The notes: generated by a model from the sequence alone, not told the origin. 32,000 bases of DNA from Granulosicoccaceae bacterium (GCA_965224675.1 CBDDAA010000004.1:1387770-1419769), one strand, 5' to 3'; shown: positions 16,379-25,986, counted from the stretch's first letter. Made by a program: numbers and translations.

Positions 16379-18967
16379 ATGAGTAAAAAAAACAAGAAAA
16401 CATGCAGGATTGTGGTTGCGGGCGACATCAGTATAGATTGGCTGCATTATTCTGTGTCTGGGGAGCCTATGTCCACAGATTCGGAAGCTAAAGCTTCTAA
16501 TTGGCGGTTGAATCCCGGTACACGGATGGTAGCAAAGCCTGGAGGCGCGTTATTACTGGCCCGTATGGTGAAGAGTGCGACTAAAGCCAAGATCGATGCA
16601 CCCAAGCTCGATAATCTCGAAAAAATATCGCCAGTAAAAACAGTACATTCTGTTGTTCAGTTAGATGCTTTTCCCGCTTCTAAATCCAATAACGATAAAA
16701 GTCCGGATTGTTTTCGAATTAAGCAAGAGTGTGGATTTGCGGGTCCTGAAAATGGCAATCCAACACCCCGTCAGGTCAATAAAAACATCAGCAATGCCGA
16801 TATTGTTATTCTCGATGATGCAGGTAACGGGTTTCGTGATAATAAACTAGTCTGGCCCCGGGCCTTGGCTAAAGGCAGGAAACCGATCATTATATTTAAA
16901 ATGAATCAGCCCATAGCACAAGGTGCATTGTGGCGCACTGTCCTGAATCGACATGCCGAGCGGACAGTTGTAGTTGTTAGCGCCGATGACTTGCGTGCTG
17001 AAGGCGTAAATATAAGCCAGCGCTTATCATGGGAGCGAACGGCCAAGGATTTCATGTGGCAACTGGTTCATAATCCAACACTTAAAGCACTACGCCACTG
17101 TCAGCATCTGATTGTTCGTTTTGGAATTGATGGTGCAATTTATAGTCGCCTGAAAGATAAGAGCGTGATTAAGTCGCAATTCTACTACGACCCTCTAATG
17201 GTCGAGAATGGTTTCGGTAATGAGTATCCCGGGGGAATGCTCGGTTTTAACTCAGCATTTGTAACCTCTTTGGCTGCATGGATTGCGCAAAAGAAAGGGA
17301 AAAATAAAAAGAAACTGGAAGGCATCGGCGAAGGCGTGAAAGACGCCATATACAGTGCCCGCCGACTCTATGTTGAAGGATTCGGACCGATCGATAAACA
17401 ACAACCGGATTATCCTTGTGGTAAAATATTTGGATCAAAAACCAGTCAAGACGCACTTCTAGCCTCTATTCCTATACCGATTCCTACAGATTTTGAATCC
17501 GTCTATCCAGAGTCCTGGGGAATCCTGGAGAATAAGAGTCGCTCCCAATTGGAGAAATTGGCCAGAAATATTGTTCTTAAGGGAATCAATAAATCGACGA
17601 AGAGGGCACCTATTGGCGAATTTGGTCTCTTGAAAACCCTCGACCGAACCGAGATTGAAAGCTTTTACAGCATCAAAAATTTGATTCTTGAGTATCTGCA
17701 GACCCCGACAACACAGCGACCTTTATCCATCGCCGTGTTTGGTCCACCGGGGTCAGGTAAGTCTTTTGGTGTTACTGAAGTGGCTAAAAGCGTGGCGCCG
17801 GGAAAGATTAAAACAATAACATTCAATGTATCGCAATTTCAGACACAGGATGATTTAAGCAAAGCCTTTCATAAAGTACGGAATATTGTCTTGGGCGGTG
17901 ACGTGCCTCTTGTATTTTTTGATGAGTTTGACTCGGCGAAAGATGAGAAACTCGGTTGGTTGAAATTCTTCCTCGCACCCATGCAGGATGGCGAGTTCAA
18001 AGATGGTGAGTCAATGCACCCCATTGGCAGGGCTATCTTTGTTTTTGCGGGCGGGACCAGCTCGCGTTATGAGGATTTTTGTTGTGGTAAAGAAACTGAT
18101 CCAGAGCAAGAAAAATATGTACAGCGCTTTGTTGAGGTTAAAGGCCCGGATTTTATCAGCCGGCTGCGTGGATATGTCAATATACTGGGAATAGATGCAA
18201 AAGATGATAAGCTCTATATGGTGCGCCGTGCTATTATTTTAAGATCCATATTGGAGCGTTTCTATCCGAATCTGATTGAAAACGAAACTAAAAAAGTTCG
18301 AATTGACCCGGCTGTATTGGCTGCAATAATCAACGTTCGAAAATACAAGCATGGTGTAAGATCTATGGGCGCCATACTGGAGATGAGCCTGCTAGTAGGC
18401 CGGCGTCGTTTTGAGCAAGCCTGCCTGCCATCTGAAGAGCAACTTAAACTACATGTTGATGCGACAGAATTTAAACGCCTGGTGGACCTTGACGTACTCA
18501 TTCCCAGTCTGCGTGAGAAATTGGGCAAAGTCATCCATGAACACTACAGGAAAAATCAAAAAGGTAAAAAGAAACATGATGATCCGTCAATGAAAGAGTG
18601 GAGTCAACTTGACCCGGGTCTTAGACGATCTAATCGACAACAGGCACGTGATATTCCAGAGAAACTAAGGAGTGTTGGATGTGCTTACATCCCGGTTATC
18701 GGGCGCAAAGTGAAACAATTCCATTTCACCAAGAATGAGCTAAATACCCTTGCTAAAAAGGAACACAAACGCTGGCTTAAAGAACGTATACAAGACGGAT
18801 GGGTTTATGGAGAGAAGAGATGCGTTAAAAAGAAAATCAGTCCCTACCTGATTGAGTGGGAGAAACTGGATGATGCGGTCAAACAAAATGACTATGATGT
18901 AATTGAGCATATTCCATTACTGATGGAAAGTGCAGATCTGGAAATTATACGATTGAATAACGAGTAA
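16379..18967 (+). CDS. Uncharacterised multidomain protein: degenerate PfkB/ribokinase-like N-terminal module + classic AAA+ ATPase + two C-terminal RyR-like repeats
   Basis: ATG 16379 follows a GGGAG RBS, while the track start at 16325 is a TTG. PfkB-order motifs are 'RIVVAGDISIDW', 'KPGGALLLARMV', 'ADIVILDD', 'VVVVSADDLRAEG' and 'LIVRFGIDGAIY', but the GAGD site reads 'PGGMLGFNSAF' (17219-17260). Walker A is GPPGSGKS (17741-17764) and Walker B is LVFFDEFD (17909-17932). The RyR-like 'EHKRWLKERIQDGWVYGEKR...PYLIEWEKLDDAVKQNDYD' and an upstream repeat span 18521-18940. Confidence 0.8.
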   Translation: MSKKNKKTCRIVVAGDISIDWLHYSVSGEPMSTDSEAKASNWRLNPGTRMVAKPGGALLLARMVKSATKAKIDAPKLDNLEKISPVKTVHSVVQLDAFPASKSNNDKSPDCFRIKQECGFAGPENGNPTPRQVNKNISNADIVILDDAGNGFRDNKLVWPRALAKGRKPIIIFKMNQPIAQGALWRTVLNRHAERTVVVVSADDLRAEGVNISQRLSWERTAKDFMWQLVHNPTLKALRHCQHLIVRFGIDGAIYSRLKDKSVIKSQFYYDPLMVENGFGNEYPGGMLGFNSAFVTSLAAWIAQKKGKNKKKLEGIGEGVKDAIYSARRLYVEGFGPIDKQQPDYPCGKIFGSKTSQDALLASIPIPIPTDFESVYPESWGILENKSRSQLEKLARNIVLKGINKSTKRAPIGEFGLLKTLDRTEIESFYSIKNLILEYLQTPTTQRPLSIAVFGPPGSGKSFGVTEVAKSVAPGKIKTITFNVSQFQTQDDLSKAFHKVRNIVLGGDVPLVFFDEFDSAKDEKLGWLKFFLAPMQDGEFKDGESMHPIGRAIFVFAGGTSSRYEDFCCGKETDPEQEKYVQRFVEVKGPDFISRLRGYVNILGIDAKDDKLYMVRRAIILRSILERFYPNLIENETKKVRIDPAVLAAIINVRKYKHGVRSMGAILEMSLLVGRRRFEQACLPSEEQLKLHVDATEFKRLVDLDVLIPSLREKLGKVIHEHYRKNQKGKKKHDDPSMKEWSQLDPGLRRSNRQQARDIPEKLRSVGCAYIPVIGRKVKQFHFTKNELNTLAKKEHKRWLKERIQDGWVYGEKRCVKKKISPYLIEWEKLDDAVKQNDYDVIEHIPLLMESADLEIIRLNNE

Positions 18968-19109
18968 TCCGGCAGTCTGTTAAGCTTGACCTTGTCAATT
19001 TTTATCAACTCTGAGCTATTTCTTGAATAAGTTGATATGTATTCGGCGTAGAAAAAAATAGAGGTGATTTTTCCTCCAATGCTGCTAAACAACTAAAAAG
19101 GATTGTCAG

Positions 19110-19475
19110 ATGAACGGTCATGAAAAAATCAATTATATTGAGTTTCCTGCAAAAGATATTGCAGCAACAAAATCTTTTTTTATATCTGTATTTGGCTGGC
19201 GTTTTGTGGATTATGGCCCTGAGTACACGGCATTTTTTGATGCAGGGATAGATGGCGGTTTTTTTAAATCCGATCTAACTGTATCAACTGACAGGGGCAG
19301 TGCTCTGATTGTGTTTTATAGCGCTGCGCTGGAAACCACCCTGACACGAATAGAAAATGCAGGCGGTGTGATTATAAAGCCTATATTCTCATTTCCTGGG
19401 GGCCGCCGGTTTCATTTTAAAGATCCAAATGGCAATGAATATGCGGTGTGGTCAGATATTGATGTTAAAAAATAA
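19110..19475 (+). CDS. VOC (glyoxalase/bleomycin-resistance/dioxygenase) family protein
   Basis: 121 aa. 'INYIEFPAKDIAATKSFFISVFGWRF' and 'GGRRFHFKDPNGNEYAVWSD' give the typical paired beta-alpha-beta-beta-beta VOC pattern. An AAGGA RBS is present. Confidence 0.8.
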   Translation: MNGHEKINYIEFPAKDIAATKSFFISVFGWRFVDYGPEYTAFFDAGIDGGFFKSDLTVSTDRGSALIVFYSAALETTLTRIENAGGVIIKPIFSFPGGRRFHFKDPNGNEYAVWSDIDVKK

Positions 19476-19512
19476 CAAGGCCCGAAAACAATGGCTGCGG
19501 ATATTTCTTTGA

Positions 19513-21543
19513 TTAGAGGTTTGCCACCATCGTCAATACATCATAGCGTGCAATTACCGCCTCATCCTGATTTGTTATTTCAGCATGCCAGCGCACCTCG
19601 CCATAAACCTCGCCAATGCGATCTGTTTTCTGCTTGCAGGTCAATGCGACTTTAAGATCATCGCCGGTATAGACCGGCAGCAAAAAACGTAGATTGTCCA
19701 CTCCATAATTAGCCAATACAGGCCCGGGGTTGGGTTCAACAAACAGGCCGGCGGCAAGGGATACAATAAGGTATCCGTGTGCAACACGGCCTGCAAAAAA
19801 CGGATTGGCTTTGGCCGCTGCCTCGTCCATATGCGCGTAGAAATTGTCGCCGGTAAATTCGGCAAAATGCTCAATGTCGTCCAGTGTTATGGTGCGTGAT
19901 TCAGAGGTTAAGCTATCACCAATTTTCAGCTCGTTAAATGTTTTTCGAAAAGGGTGCTGTTTTCCGTGATTGCGAGCCGAGCCGGGTATCCATTGACCGA
20001 TTAGGCTGCTGAGCTGATCCGGTGAACCCTGAAGTGCGGCGGTTTGCAGGTAATGTTTTATACTACGCAACCCACCCATTTCTTCGCCACCACCTGCACG
20101 ACCTGGCCCACCGTGTAATAACCTCGGCAGTGGTGCGCCGTGCCCCGTGGATTCTACGGCACAATCTCTGTTGAGTAGCAGTATGCGACCATGATGTGCG
20201 GCCAGGGCGAATACTGCATCTGCGGCGAAACAGTTATCATAGGTAGCAATGGACGCGACCAATGAGCCTTGGCCGAGTCTTGCCAGCTCCAGCATCTCAT
20301 TATTGTTTTTATAGGGCATGATTGTCGTGACCGGTCCAAAGGCTTCGATGTGGTGTACACGATGACTGCTTAGTGGATTTTCACAACGCAAGATTATCGG
20401 TGATAAAAAAGCGCCCTGTTGGCTATCCGCGTCGAGCACATCGCAGGAAAACGGGTCACCATAAATAATCTGTGCATCTTTTTGCAGCTCAGAGATTGCA
20501 TCACGAACATCCTCGCGCTGCTTGTGATTAATCAATGCACCCATATCCACCGCGCAATTGTCAGGGTCACCGATGCTAATTTTATCCAGCTCGTTGCGTA
20601 AAACCTCTGCAACTGCGTCGGCTAAATTCTCTGGAATGATTGCCCGGCGAATTGACGTGCAGCGTTGACCACATTTAATACTGATCTCATCGACAATCTG
20701 CCTTATATACAGCATAAATTCAGGACTGTCTGTATCGCTGTCCGGGCCAAGAATGGAGCAGTTTAACGAATCCGACTCCATCAGGAAGCGTATGGAGTTT
20801 GATTGAACAATCGGGTGATTCCTCAGCATTTGTCCGGTACTGGCCGAGCCGGTAAAGGCGATGCAGTCCTGGTAATCCAGATGCTCGAATAAGTCACCCA
20901 CGCTGCCACTGATAAACTGCAGAGAACCTTCGGGAAAAATGCCGGATTCGATTATTCGTTGGAACATCAAGGCTGTCAAAAAGGCCGAACTGCTGGCAGG
21001 TTTTACAATGCTCGGCACACCGGCGAGCAGTGAAACTGAAAGTTTTTCCAGCATGCCCCAGCAGGGAAAGTTAAATGCATTGATATGCATAGCCGCGCCT
21101 TCAATTGGAACCTGAATGTGCTGACCAACAAAGCTGCCGTTTTTCGACAAAGGCTCAGTTATGCCATCGACAATAAATCGGGCATTTGGCAATTCCCGAC
21201 GGCCGGTGCCTGAGTAGGAAAATAAAGCCTGAATACCGCCTTCAATATCGATCCACGAGTCACGCTGAGTGGCCCCGGTGGCGCTGGACAGTGCATAGAA
21301 CTCTTGCTTGTGTTCGAGCAGATGCAGTGCAAGTTGCTTTAGTTTTAGTGCACGTTCATGGAATGTTAATTTCTGTAAGGCATAACGGCCTTCGGTTCTT
21401 GCATGGTTTAATAATGCAGCTGTGTCCAGTCCACCGCTTTTAATTTGCGCAACGGGTTCACCTGTGATGGCGTTTTGCAGGATTGTTGCTGTACCCGTTC
21501 CTGAGATCCACTGCCCCTGAACGTAGCTTTGCAGGCATTTCAT
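19513..21543 (-). CDS. paaZ: Bifunctional oxepin-CoA hydrolase / 3-oxo-5,6-dehydrosuberyl-CoA semialdehyde dehydrogenase (ALDH + MaoC hotdog)
   Basis: 676 aa. The N-terminal aldehyde dehydrogenase part shows 'FTGSASTG' and 'ESDSLNCSIL...GQRCTSIRR'. The C-terminal MaoC part shows 'FAEFTGDNFYAHMDEAAAKANPFFAGRVAHGYL'. Confidence 0.92.
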   Translation of the reverse strand: MKCLQSYVQGQWISGTGTATILQNAITGEPVAQIKSGGLDTAALLNHARTEGRYALQKLTFHERALKLKQLALHLLEHKQEFYALSSATGATQRDSWIDIEGGIQALFSYSGTGRRELPNARFIVDGITEPLSKNGSFVGQHIQVPIEGAAMHINAFNFPCWGMLEKLSVSLLAGVPSIVKPASSSAFLTALMFQRIIESGIFPEGSLQFISGSVGDLFEHLDYQDCIAFTGSASTGQMLRNHPIVQSNSIRFLMESDSLNCSILGPDSDTDSPEFMLYIRQIVDEISIKCGQRCTSIRRAIIPENLADAVAEVLRNELDKISIGDPDNCAVDMGALINHKQREDVRDAISELQKDAQIIYGDPFSCDVLDADSQQGAFLSPIILRCENPLSSHRVHHIEAFGPVTTIMPYKNNNEMLELARLGQGSLVASIATYDNCFAADAVFALAAHHGRILLLNRDCAVESTGHGAPLPRLLHGGPGRAGGGEEMGGLRSIKHYLQTAALQGSPDQLSSLIGQWIPGSARNHGKQHPFRKTFNELKIGDSLTSESRTITLDDIEHFAEFTGDNFYAHMDEAAAKANPFFAGRVAHGYLIVSLAAGLFVEPNPGPVLANYGVDNLRFLLPVYTGDDLKVALTCKQKTDRIGEVYGEVRWHAEITNQDEAVIARYDVLTMVANL

Positions 21544-21551
21544 CGTGTGCC

Positions 21552-22154
21552 TTATACCTTGTTTTTTAGTGCGGCGAGGGTTTTGTAGTCAATTTTGATT
21601 TTACCGCGATTGGGTTCGGGTTTATGCAACGGCGTTGTTTCCTGCATGGACTGCTGACTGCGAATGGCGAGTTGTTGGTAGATTTCTGTGCCCTGGCTTT
21701 TCCAGTTGATCTCTTTCTCAGAAAGTTCACGGATAACTTTGGCGGGGGAGCCGACGATCAGACTGCGGGCGGCAAATTTATTTTCACCCTTAACAAATGC
21801 CATCGCCCCGACAATACAGTTTTCACCAATTTCTGCTTCATCCATAATAACCGCATTCATTCCAATCAGTGCATTTTTACCGATGCGGCAACCGTGCAAA
21901 ATTGCCCCGTGACCAATGTGGCCATATTCTTCAACCAGAGTGGTAATATTAGGGAAACCGTGCATCACACAGGTATCTTGCAGATTGGCGTTCGTTTGAA
22001 TCCTGATGGGGCCAAAGTCACCTCGTAATACCGCGCAGGGTCCGATATAACAACCCTCATCAATGATCACATCGCCGATTAAAACAGCCGTGGGATGTAC
22101 ATAGGTATTGGGCCGGACGACGGGTCGAATCCCGTCAATTTCATAACTGGGCAT
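21552..22154 (-). CDS. paaY: Hexapeptide-repeat (gamma-CA-like) phenylacetate pathway thioesterase/acyltransferase PaaY
   Basis: 200 aa. The left-handed beta-helix repeats include '[29 protein letters not shown]...[24 protein letters not shown]'. The gene is adjacent to paaZ. Confidence 0.85.
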   Translation of the reverse strand: MPSYEIDGIRPVVRPNTYVHPTAVLIGDVIIDEGCYIGPCAVLRGDFGPIRIQTNANLQDTCVMHGFPNITTLVEEYGHIGHGAILHGCRIGKNALIGMNAVIMDEAEIGENCIVGAMAFVKGENKFAARSLIVGSPAKVIRELSEKEINWKSQGTEIYQQLAIRSQQSMQETTPLHKPEPNRGKIKIDYKTLAALKNKV

Positions 22155-22217
22155 AGAGGTGTCTCGTCAGGTTGAGCAGCTTGATATGTTACAAAAAAAG
22201 TGGAAATATTGCAATTA

Positions 22218-22226
22218 GTGTATCAT
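22218..22226. promoter_or_regulatory. Candidate PaaX operator half-site in the paaY/paaF divergent region
   Basis: GTGTATCAT at 22218-22226 is the reverse complement of ATGATACAC; in wider context it reads ATTATGATACAC. A weaker TGATATGT lies at 22182-22189. Confidence 0.3.
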
Positions 22227-22227
22227 A

Positions 22228-23055
22228 ATGAGGCGTATTTCATTGAGTATGACAATGTCTTCTACGTTCATCCCGTCTTCTTCCTGTCACGATATTGAAA
22301 TCAGTTCATCACTACCGGGCGTGGTTCAAATCAAGCTGATCAGGGCACAATCAAAGAACGCGTTGCGTAATCAGACACTATCGGAAATTGCCAGCGTACT
22401 GATTGATTCGAAGAATGATTCGTCTGTAAAATGTGTTGTGATCACTGGCAGTGAAAGCGTATTCGCTGCAGGGGCTGATATCAAAGAGATGCAGGCTTTG
22501 AACCCCCTGAGCAGTTTGATGAATTCACGTGCGAATGACTGGAAAACCATCAGACATTACCCCAAACCTTTGCTTGCAGCGGTGAACGGATATGCGCTGG
22601 GTGGTGGCTGCGAATTGATGATGCACTGCGATATCGTTATTGCCGGAGATAATGCATTGATCGGTCAACCTGAAATTAATTTGGGCATAATACCCGGTGC
22701 TGGCGGTACGCAGCGTCTGGTACGATCAGTAGGAAAATCATTGGCGATGAAAATGATTCTTACAGGAGAATTTATCGATGCTGAGCATGCGTTGCAGGCA
22801 GGTCTGGTCGCTGAAGTCTGTCCTCGGGAAGTGACCCTGAAACGATGTTTGGAAATTGCAGGATCAATCGCAAAAAAGGCACCTCTGGCGCTGCGTCTGG
22901 CAAAAGAAGCGGTGCTCAGTGCCTACGAGGTGCATCTGCAAGCTGGCCTGGAATTGGAACGCCGCGCATTTGCCATTCTTGCTGCCAGTAAAGACAGGGA
23001 GGAAGGTATCACGGCATTTATGCAGAAACGCAAGCCTGAATTTAAAGGTGAATAG
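22228..23055 (+). CDS. paaF: 2,3-dehydroadipyl-CoA hydratase (crotonase family)
   Basis: It contains 'VVITGSESVFAAGADIKEM' and 'AAVNGYALGGGCELMMHCDIVIAG...GQPEINLGIIPGAGGTQRL'. The start is uncertain: 22228, 22249 or 22255. Confidence 0.88.
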   Translation: MRRISLSMTMSSTFIPSSSCHDIEISSSLPGVVQIKLIRAQSKNALRNQTLSEIASVLIDSKNDSSVKCVVITGSESVFAAGADIKEMQALNPLSSLMNSRANDWKTIRHYPKPLLAAVNGYALGGGCELMMHCDIVIAGDNALIGQPEINLGIIPGAGGTQRLVRSVGKSLAMKMILTGEFIDAEHALQAGLVAEVCPREVTLKRCLEIAGSIAKKAPLALRLAKEAVLSAYEVHLQAGLELERRAFAILAASKDREEGITAFMQKRKPEFKGE

Positions 23056-23181
23056 AGGTTTACGCAAGAGTTCAATAGAAGATTATGTATTAACAAAATC
23101 AATGAGAGAATAGTTGCCAAATATGGGCTTCTTTCAGCTATCCATTTCTTAATGTGTATTTGACATGAGACAATACCTGAT

Positions 23182-23979
23182 ATGACAGAAATCTATAACA
23201 CAATAAAGCTTGAGTTCGATAACGGTGTTGCAATCTTGACACTAAATCGGCCAGAAAAGCTGAACAGCTTTAATCAGGAAATGTTTCGCGAAATCAGGGT
23301 TGCATTTAAACAGATAATGCAAGAAAATGGCGTACGTTGTTTATTGATTACGGGTGCGGGAAGAGCATTTTGTGCAGGTCAGGATCTGGCAGATAGAAGC
23401 ATAAAAGCCGGTGACGAACCAGCGGATTTAAGCCGATCTTTAGAGGAAAATTATAACCCCCTGATCAGAAAAATAACCCAACTTGAGATGCCGGTGATTT
23501 GTGCGGTTAACGGGGTGGCTGCAGGTGCAGGTTCAAGTTTTGCACTTGCCTGCGATATCGTATTTGCTGCCCGATCTGCCAGTTTCATTCAATCATTCTG
23601 CAAGCTTGGTGTTATTCCCGATTCGGGTGGGTCATGGTTACTACCGCAACTTGCCGGGCGAGCGCGGGCAATGGGCCTGGCCATGCTGGGTGAGAAACTC
23701 AGTGCTGATCAGGCTCAGCAGTGGGGATTAATCTGGCAGTGTATTGATGATGACAAATTAATGTCAGAGGCGACAAGTACGGCCCGTTTTCTGGCGACTC
23801 AGCCAACAAAAGGGTTAGCTTTAATTAAACGCGCAATTATAGCTTCAGCGAGTAACAGCTTGCATAAACATCTGGATTTAGAACGGGATTTGCAAGGCAT
23901 TGCCGGGCGAACTGATGATTATCAGGAAGGTGTTTCTGCCTTTATGCAGAAACGATCAGCAACCTTTACCGGCAAATGA
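23182..23979 (+). CDS. paaG: 1,2-epoxyphenylacetyl-CoA isomerase (crotonase family)
   Basis: It contains 'LLITGAGRAFCAGQDL' and 'CAVNGVAAGAGSSFALACDIVFAA...FCKLGVIPDSGGSWLLP'. It sits between paaF and paaH. Confidence 0.88.
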   Translation: MTEIYNTIKLEFDNGVAILTLNRPEKLNSFNQEMFREIRVAFKQIMQENGVRCLLITGAGRAFCAGQDLADRSIKAGDEPADLSRSLEENYNPLIRKITQLEMPVICAVNGVAAGAGSSFALACDIVFAARSASFIQSFCKLGVIPDSGGSWLLPQLAGRARAMGLAMLGEKLSADQAQQWGLIWQCIDDDKLMSEATSTARFLATQPTKGLALIKRAIIASASNSLHKHLDLERDLQGIAGRTDDYQEGVSAFMQKRSATFTGK

Positions 23980-25499
23980 CGGTGACTGCGATGACACCGT
24001 CACAAATTGTTGGGGTGGTTGGCGCCGGAACGATGGGTGCTGGTATTGCCCAGGTGGCTGCAAAATACGGGCACACAGTTAAGTTGTATGATCAATCTCC
24101 GGTGTCTGTGAAAAAAGGTCTTTCCAGCGTGACTGAAGGTTTGGAAAAACTGCAATCTCGGGATCGTATAAGCACGCAGGAAATTAAAACGTTATTGGCA
24201 AATATCGAATCATGTGACGCGCTGGAACAGTTGGCACAATGCGATCTGGTTATAGAAGCGATTGTTGAAGATCTGGCGTGCAAGCAAGCTTTATTCGTTC
24301 AGCTCGAATCGATCTGTAGCAATGATACAATCTTTGCAACGAATACTTCTTCAATCTCCATCACTGCAATTGCCTCAGTATTGCAGCGCCCTGAACAGTT
24401 GGCAGGCATGCACTTTTTTAATCCCGCGCCGGTTATGAAGCTGATCGAAGTTGTATCAGGCTTGGCTACGTCGGCTGATGTGGCCACGATAATTGCCAAT
24501 ACCGCCAGCGCCTGGGGGAAAAAAACAGTACAGGTGAAATCCTCTCCAGGTTTTATTGTCAATCGCGTCGCCCGACCATTTTATGCTGAAACACTACGGT
24601 TACTTGAAGAAGAGGTGGCATCACAGGCTACTTTGGATGCGATTGTGCGAGAGGGTGGTGGCTTTCGTATGGGGCCTCTGGAACTGATGGATCTTATTGG
24701 ATTGGATGTAAACTATGCCGTCACTGAATCCGTTTTTCATGCTTTTTATCAGGACCCGCGCTTTTTGCCATCCCTGTTACAAAAAGAGCGGGTCGATGGC
24801 GGGTTTCTGGGCCGCAAATCAGGCAGAGGATTTTACATCTATGGCGACAAGAGCGTATTGTCAGAGCCGCAAACACGGGAATCAGCGCTCTGTCCCCGGT
24901 CGGTTGAAATTCTTGGAGACTTAGGCATAGCAGCAGGTTTGATGCAGAAGCTCGAAGAAGCCGGGCTGCAAAAAAAACACGCAGATGGCCCAGGTCTGAT
25001 TCTATGCGGCGATGCCACTTTGGCACTCACTGATGGTCGAACTGCCACTCGCCGATCTTATGAAGAGGGGATTGAAAATCTGGTGCTATTTGATTTGCAG
25101 GGCGACTACGCACAACACACACATATTGCCATTGCTGCATCACTATCGGCCTCGAAAATAGCCCTTGAGCAAGCGATAGGATTTTTTACACGATTGGGGA
25201 AATCGGTCAGTGTATTGAAGGATACGCCAGGTTTATGCTTAATGCGTATTGTTTGCATGTTAGCCAACGAAGGAGCGGATGCGGTCAATCAAGGGGTTTG
25301 TAATGTAACCGCTGTTGATCGCGCCATGCGCTATGGCTTGAATTATCCGCAGGGACCCATGGCGTGGGCAGATAAAATGGGTCTGCAGAACGTTTGCACA
25401 GTACTGGGCAATTTACAAAAAAGCTACGGACTTGATCGTTATCGCACCTCGCTGTTACTACAGCAGTTATCACATGTAGGGAAGAAACTGTATGATTGA
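23976..25499 (+). CDS. paaH: 3-hydroxyadipyl-CoA dehydrogenase
   Basis: It has an N-terminal Rossmann motif 'VGVVGAGTMGAGIAQVAA', plus 'HFFNPAPVMKLIEVV' and 'PGFIVNRVARPFY'. It is the long form with a duplicated C-terminal domain. An ATGA overlap joins it to paaG. Confidence 0.9.
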   Translation: MTVTAMTPSQIVGVVGAGTMGAGIAQVAAKYGHTVKLYDQSPVSVKKGLSSVTEGLEKLQSRDRISTQEIKTLLANIESCDALEQLAQCDLVIEAIVEDLACKQALFVQLESICSNDTIFATNTSSISITAIASVLQRPEQLAGMHFFNPAPVMKLIEVVSGLATSADVATIIANTASAWGKKTVQVKSSPGFIVNRVARPFYAETLRLLEEEVASQATLDAIVREGGGFRMGPLELMDLIGLDVNYAVTESVFHAFYQDPRFLPSLLQKERVDGGFLGRKSGRGFYIYGDKSVLSEPQTRESALCPRSVEILGDLGIAAGLMQKLEEAGLQKKHADGPGLILCGDATLALTDGRTATRRSYEEGIENLVLFDLQGDYAQHTHIAIAASLSASKIALEQAIGFFTRLGKSVSVLKDTPGLCLMRIVCMLANEGADAVNQGVCNVTAVDRAMRYGLNYPQGPMAWADKMGLQNVCTVLGNLQKSYGLDRYRTSLLLQQLSHVGKKLYD

Positions 25500-25941
25500 A
25501 AAATCAGATAATCAATTGGCGCATGCCTGTACAGAGGCATTGCATGAAAATGATTTTATGGCGAAGCGCTCTGGCATGAATCCGGTTTCACTGGCCCCCG
25601 GTAAAGCGGTCGTTACCATGCACATATGCCGGGAGATGCTCAATGGGCATAAAAGCTGTCATGGAGGAATGATATTTGCCCTTGCCGATACAGCCTTTGC
25701 GCATGCTTGCAATAATCGTAATGAAGTTAATGTGGCGATGGATTGTAGAATTGATTTTATCAAACCCGCTTACGAAGGTGATGAGTTGACAGCAACGGCC
25801 TGTGAACTTCACAAGGGTCGTAGCAGTAGCTTATATCAAACCAGCGTTCGCAATCAGCATGGTAAGATAATTGCGCTATTCCAGGGTCGCTCCCACCAAC
25901 TCAATAAACCCGTTATTGAACCTGAAATATATGAGTGTTAA
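25492..25941 (+). CDS. paaI: Hydroxyphenylacetyl-CoA thioesterase (hotdog fold)
   Basis: 149 aa. 'LNGHKSCHGGMIFALADTAFAHACN' is the PaaI-type hotdog catalytic region. It overlaps paaH by 8 nt. Confidence 0.88.
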   Translation: MIEKSDNQLAHACTEALHENDFMAKRSGMNPVSLAPGKAVVTMHICREMLNGHKSCHGGMIFALADTAFAHACNNRNEVNVAMDCRIDFIKPAYEGDELTATACELHKGRSSSLYQTSVRNQHGKIIALFQGRSHQLNKPVIEPEIYEC

Positions 25942-25986
25942 TGCAATCTCGCAAGGGCAATTACTGTTTCAGGTTAATGAGTGATT

